Shown in pieces: positions 47,917 through 51,107 of a stretch of 51,107 bases of DNA. The notes below the pieces were generated by a model. The model did no database searches, had not been told where the DNA came from, and was given only the letters and a program-made list of their open reading frames with translations. The DNA is from an uncultured Oscillospiraceae bacterium (GTDB lineage: Bacteria > Bacillota > Clostridia > Saccharofermentanales > UBA5734). Every line of letters starts with the position of its first letter. Positions within the stretch are counted from its first letter, which is position 1. Location: NCBI GenBank assembly GCA_964579735.1, contig CAZOHH010000006.1, forward strand, positions 1-51,107, in the 5' to 3' direction. The position numbers were made by a program, and so were the translations under genes.

Positions 47917-49175
47917 AGAAGCAACTCGATGGACTGGACCTCCTCCGCGGTATCGGCATCTTCGGTGTGGTGACGCTCCACGGCGCCTTCTACCACTTCG
48001 GCGGTCTGTATGGTCTCGATCTTTCGAACCCGCCTCCCGCCGTTACCGTCATAGGGTTCCTACTCATGTTCGCCGGACTCTTCGGCATCCTGAGCGGTCT
48101 CGTCCACGGGCTGTCCTACCACCGTCGTGCCGCGCTTCCCGGATTCGACCCCGTGAGGGCGCTGAAGCGTGGACTCGTCGCCGGCGCCTTCTTCCTTGTC
48201 GTAGCCTACGCCTACTTCCTCCTGACCGGTCCAGGCCTCGTTCACCTGTCGGAAGGCTTCATGGACGAATCCATCTTCGTCCACTTCATCCGCACCGGCA
48301 TCCTTGCCGCCCCCAGCCTCGACCGACTTCTCTACGTCGACTCCCTCGTGATGATCGGATGCAATCTCGTCCTGCTTTCCCTCTACCAGTACGCGGAGAC
48401 AAAGCTGGCCCCTCGCGTCCCCGCCGGCTTGCGCGCACACCTGCCCCTCTTCGCCGCGTTGGTCGTTTTCCTTCTCTCCCTCCTGCGCCTGCCCCTATAC
48501 TCCGTCTATGTCGATGCCGTCGCCTCGGGGAATACGGTTTCCACCCTCGCCTTGAACTGGCTCGTGAACAAGAACAACCCGATCTTGCCGTACTTCGCCT
48601 TCGGTCTCTTCGGCACCTGGTGCGCAGCCCTCCTCGCCTCCTCAGGAGGTTTCGTCCGCTTCCGTCGATTCGTCGCACCCATGGGAGTCCTCTTCCTCGT
48701 CGTCGGGGTCGCGCTCTATGTGCTGCTGCCCGAGAGCATGCTCGAACGAAGCATCGATGCGCAGTGGTACGCCATCATGACGCTTCAGGTCGGTCTCTTC
48801 CTGCTCGTGGTGCTTGCCTTCCTTCGGACTGCGGATTTCCACCGGGACGGTTCGGAGAAGACGACTCGGACCCCCATGGCTTTTCTCTCGCGATACCTGA
48901 CGCGCTTCGGCGTCGCCGGACTCACGGTCTTCTTCGTTGAAAGTCTCGTGAGCGAGGCGGTTTTCGGGCTCATCCGCCGCATCGACCCGAACTTCTCCCT
49001 CGATCTCGCCGGGGCGGTTCTCTTCGGATTCTGCCTGGCCGTTCTCTGGGGGTTCGTGCTGATGCTTTGGCAGCGCTCCGGATACCGGTTCGGCATCGAA
49101 TATGCGTATACGAGGGCCGTGAAGCCCTTCGGTGGGAGCCAGAAGGCCCGGAAGCTGGCAGGCGGCAAGGAATGA
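47913..49175 (+). CDS. Polytopic membrane protein, putative transmembrane acyltransferase (HGSNAT/DUF1624 or acyltransferase_3-like)
   Basis: N-terminal LDLLRGIGIFGVVTLH, about 10 TMs, NPILPY; ATGA overlap with the upstream gene. Confidence 0.6.
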   Translation: MKKQLDGLDLLRGIGIFGVVTLHGAFYHFGGLYGLDLSNPPPAVTVIGFLLMFAGLFGILSGLVHGLSYHRRAALPGFDPVRALKRGLVAGAFFLVVAYAYFLLTGPGLVHLSEGFMDESIFVHFIRTGILAAPSLDRLLYVDSLVMIGCNLVLLSLYQYAETKLAPRVPAGLRAHLPLFAALVVFLLSLLRLPLYSVYVDAVASGNTVSTLALNWLVNKNNPILPYFAFGLFGTWCAALLASSGGFVRFRRFVAPMGVLFLVVGVALYVLLPESMLERSIDAQWYAIMTLQVGLFLLVVLAFLRTADFHRDGSEKTTRTPMAFLSRYLTRFGVAGLTVFFVESLVSEAVFGLIRRIDPNFSLDLAGAVLFGFCLAVLWGFVLMLWQRSGYRFGIEYAYTRAVKPFGGSQKARKLAGGKE

Positions 49176-51107
49176 ACCCCTTCCGCTCCATCTTCGACTT
49201 CGTCAGGCTTCAACGCCACCTCTATCACGCCTCTCCGGCCTCGGTACGCACCATCCAACGGCGAGCCTTCCGTCGCATGCTGGATTTCGCCCGAGTCGAA
49301 AGTCCTTTCTACAAGGAGCTCTACTCCGGGCGCACCACCGACGAGGTCATCCGTGCTATCCCTCTGTTATCGGGACCGTTGGAAGCTTCGTCTTCCGCCT
49401 CTCCTCCCGAGTGGTTATCCGCGACCGTCATCGACAAGGCGACGATGATGGCCCGCTTCGACACCCTCAACACCGCCGGCCTCCGCCTCGTCGACGTCAT
49501 GCCATGGGCCGTCGGCCGCGAACGCGCCAAGGAGTATCTCGGCTATTATGCGGATCGGTACGTCGTCGGGCTGTCCAGCGGAACATCTGGAAACAAGGGC
49601 ATCTATGTCACGCCACGGTCGCTCACCGAACGCCTTCCCGCGGTCTTCCTCGCTCGAGGCGGCGTAGCGCTCCGCATGCTTCCCCTTCGCATCCTCTTCC
49701 TGCTGCGCGTCTTCAGTCAGGGGTTCGCCGACATCCGCGCCCCCTTGCTTTCGCTGCGATATCTCTCCACCATGACGGAGCCTGGATCGATCGTCGACCA
49801 GGCCCTATCGGACCGAACGAACGTCCTCATGGCGCCTCCCAGTCTGCTGCGCGTGCTGCTACCCCTGGCCGACCGGCTGAAGGGCCGGCTGACTCGGATC
49901 CTCTGTTATGCGGAGGTTCTGGAGGACGAGGAGAAAGATCGAATCGAGTCTGCGTTCGGCGCGCCCGTGGCGCAGATCTACCAGGCAAGCGAAGGCCAGA
50001 TCGGAAGCCCCTGCCGTCTTGGAACGCTGCATATCAATGAGGACCTCGCACTCGTCGAACTCTATGACGACGAAGGCCACCCCGTGACGCAGCCAGGGGA
50101 GACGGCCTCGACGATGCTGGTGACGAACCTGGTCAACGACGTACAACCTCTGATCCGCTATCGCATGAACGATCGTGTCGAATTGGGCGGCCCCTGCGCC
50201 TGCGGCAGCTCCTTCCGGACACTGCGCCGGGTGCTCGGGCGCAACGACGATGTCCTCCAGATTCGAAGGATGACTCCAGACCAGGCCACGGGTGCGACTA
50301 TTCGAGCCGTATTCCCGGACCTCGTCAGCCGTTGGATCATCACCACCGACGATTCCATCCGAGAGTTCCGCGTGACGGTTTTCACGCCCGATGCGCTGGA
50401 GGTCGTGCTCGACCTGCTTCCCGGGACGTCTGGAGCCGAAGCGGAGCGGGTCCGCGAAGCGATTTCCCTTCGCTTGCAGGAGGAGTTCGCCTTCTTCGAT
50501 TCGATCGTACGGAACCTGTCCGTGCGCCTCGCTCCGATCCATCTGCCGCTCGCCATGCAGAAGTACCGCAGATTCGTGAACCTGACTCCGCGTCAGGCGC
50601 TGGAACGGGCGTTGGTACGCATCGCCCGTTCCTTTGCAGCAGCAGGGGTATCCTGGGGTGTCTGCTCATCGATGCTTCTGGCCCTGCGAGGACTTCCCGT
50701 CGAACCCCACGACATCGACCTCCTCGTCTCGAACGACGGCTTCGAGGCGGCCTGCAGCGCCCTGGAGTGGCTCGGGGGGATGAAGTCGCCTGCACGCGTG
50801 GAAACGCAATCCATTTACGGCACACGGAGATTCGCCGAATACGAGATCGACGGCGTCGATGTGGACGTCATGGCCGGACTCGTCGTGATCGGGCCTTACG
50901 GCGAATATGATTACGAATTGACGGAAGGTTCCATCGACCGCATGGTTCCCATGCCTGAGACGGCCGGAAACGAAGCCGAGGCAGGTTCGGCCCCGTTCGT
51001 CCCGCTGACGAGTCTCGAGGACTGGTTCGTGCTCTATCAGTTGATTCCCGGCCGGGCCGCCAAGGTCGATATCATCGAGCGTGCCCTGAGGGAGGAACCC
51101 CCGACAG
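49172..51107 (+). CDS. F390-synthetase/PaaK-like adenylate-forming enzyme fused to a C-terminal nucleotidyltransferase-like domain (3' truncated by the window)
   Basis: Translated by hand; open from ATG 49172 to the window end. Motifs: SPFYKE, DKATMMARFD, GLSSGTSGNKG, QIYQASEG, LHINED, QPLIRYRMND, PCACGS, GRNDD, then WGVCSSMLLALRGLPVEPHDIDLLV and DVDVMAG. Confidence 0.88.
   Translation, partial: MNPFRSIFDFVRLQRHLYHASPASVRTIQRRAFRRMLDFARVESPFYKELYSGRTTDEVIRAIPLLSGPLEASSSASPPEWLSATVIDKATMMARFDTLNTAGLRLVDVMPWAVGRERAKEYLGYYADRYVVGLSSGTSGNKGIYVTPRSLTERLPAVFLARGGVALRMLPLRILFLLRVFSQGFADIRAPLLSLRYLSTMTEPGSIVDQALSDRTNVLMAPPSLLRVLLPLADRLKGRLTRILCYAEVLEDEEKDRIESAFGAPVAQIYQASEGQIGSPCRLGTLHINEDLALVELYDDEGHPVTQPGETASTMLVTNLVNDVQPLIRYRMNDRVELGGPCACGSSFRTLRRVLGRNDDVLQIRRMTPDQATGATIRAVFPDLVSRWIITTDDSIREFRVTVFTPDALEVVLDLLPGTSGAEAERVREAISLRLQEEFAFFDSIVRNLSVRLAPIHLPLAMQKYRRFVNLTPRQALERALVRIARSFAAAGVSWGVCSSMLLALRGLPVEPHDIDLLVSNDGFEAACSALEWLGGMKSPARVETQSIYGTRRFAEYEIDGVDVDVMAGLVVIGPYGEYDYELTEGSIDRMVPMPETAGNEAEAGSAPFVPLTSLEDWFVLYQLIPGRAAKVDIIERALREEPPT

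Overview
About 51 kb of core chromosome from a high-GC monoderm bacterium, most likely Clostridia. This rests on the CIRCE/hrcA locus, T-box, M-box, sigmaA promoters and a DnaK lacking the diderm insert. In order, the window holds: an IS30 element; tRNA-Gln(CTG); a divergent XRE-like gene; hflX; a FabT-type MarR / ACP / two acyl-adenylating ligases / DAG kinase / PlsC lipid cluster; a GltS symporter; the liv ABC operon plus a CBS-ACT gene; hrcA-grpE-dnaK-dnaJ-prmA-rsmE; a G5/3D protein with rsmA; GTP-PEPCK; zapA-U32-dut; M-box with corA; a degenerate alpha/beta hydrolase; uppP-tsaD; a DnaA-box cluster; smpB; a lipoprotein; a 199-bp-period structured repeat; a Val T-box, small membrane gene and valS; fba; an LDH-like malate dehydrogenase; DUF4153 and bPH genes; and a final operon running off the window. 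Most noteworthy: (1) an ORF missing from the supplied track (49172 to the end) fusing an F390-synthetase/PaaK-like adenylating enzyme to a nucleotidyltransferase domain; (2) a fatty-acid salvage cluster with shared FabT-like operator boxes; (3) dnaK broken by an in-frame TGA plus a nearby in-frame deletion, possibly an assembly artefact; (4) a tandem rod-like palindromic repeat; (5) a DnaA-box cluster with no dnaA in the window. All family calls come from motif recognition by eye. No database searches were run.
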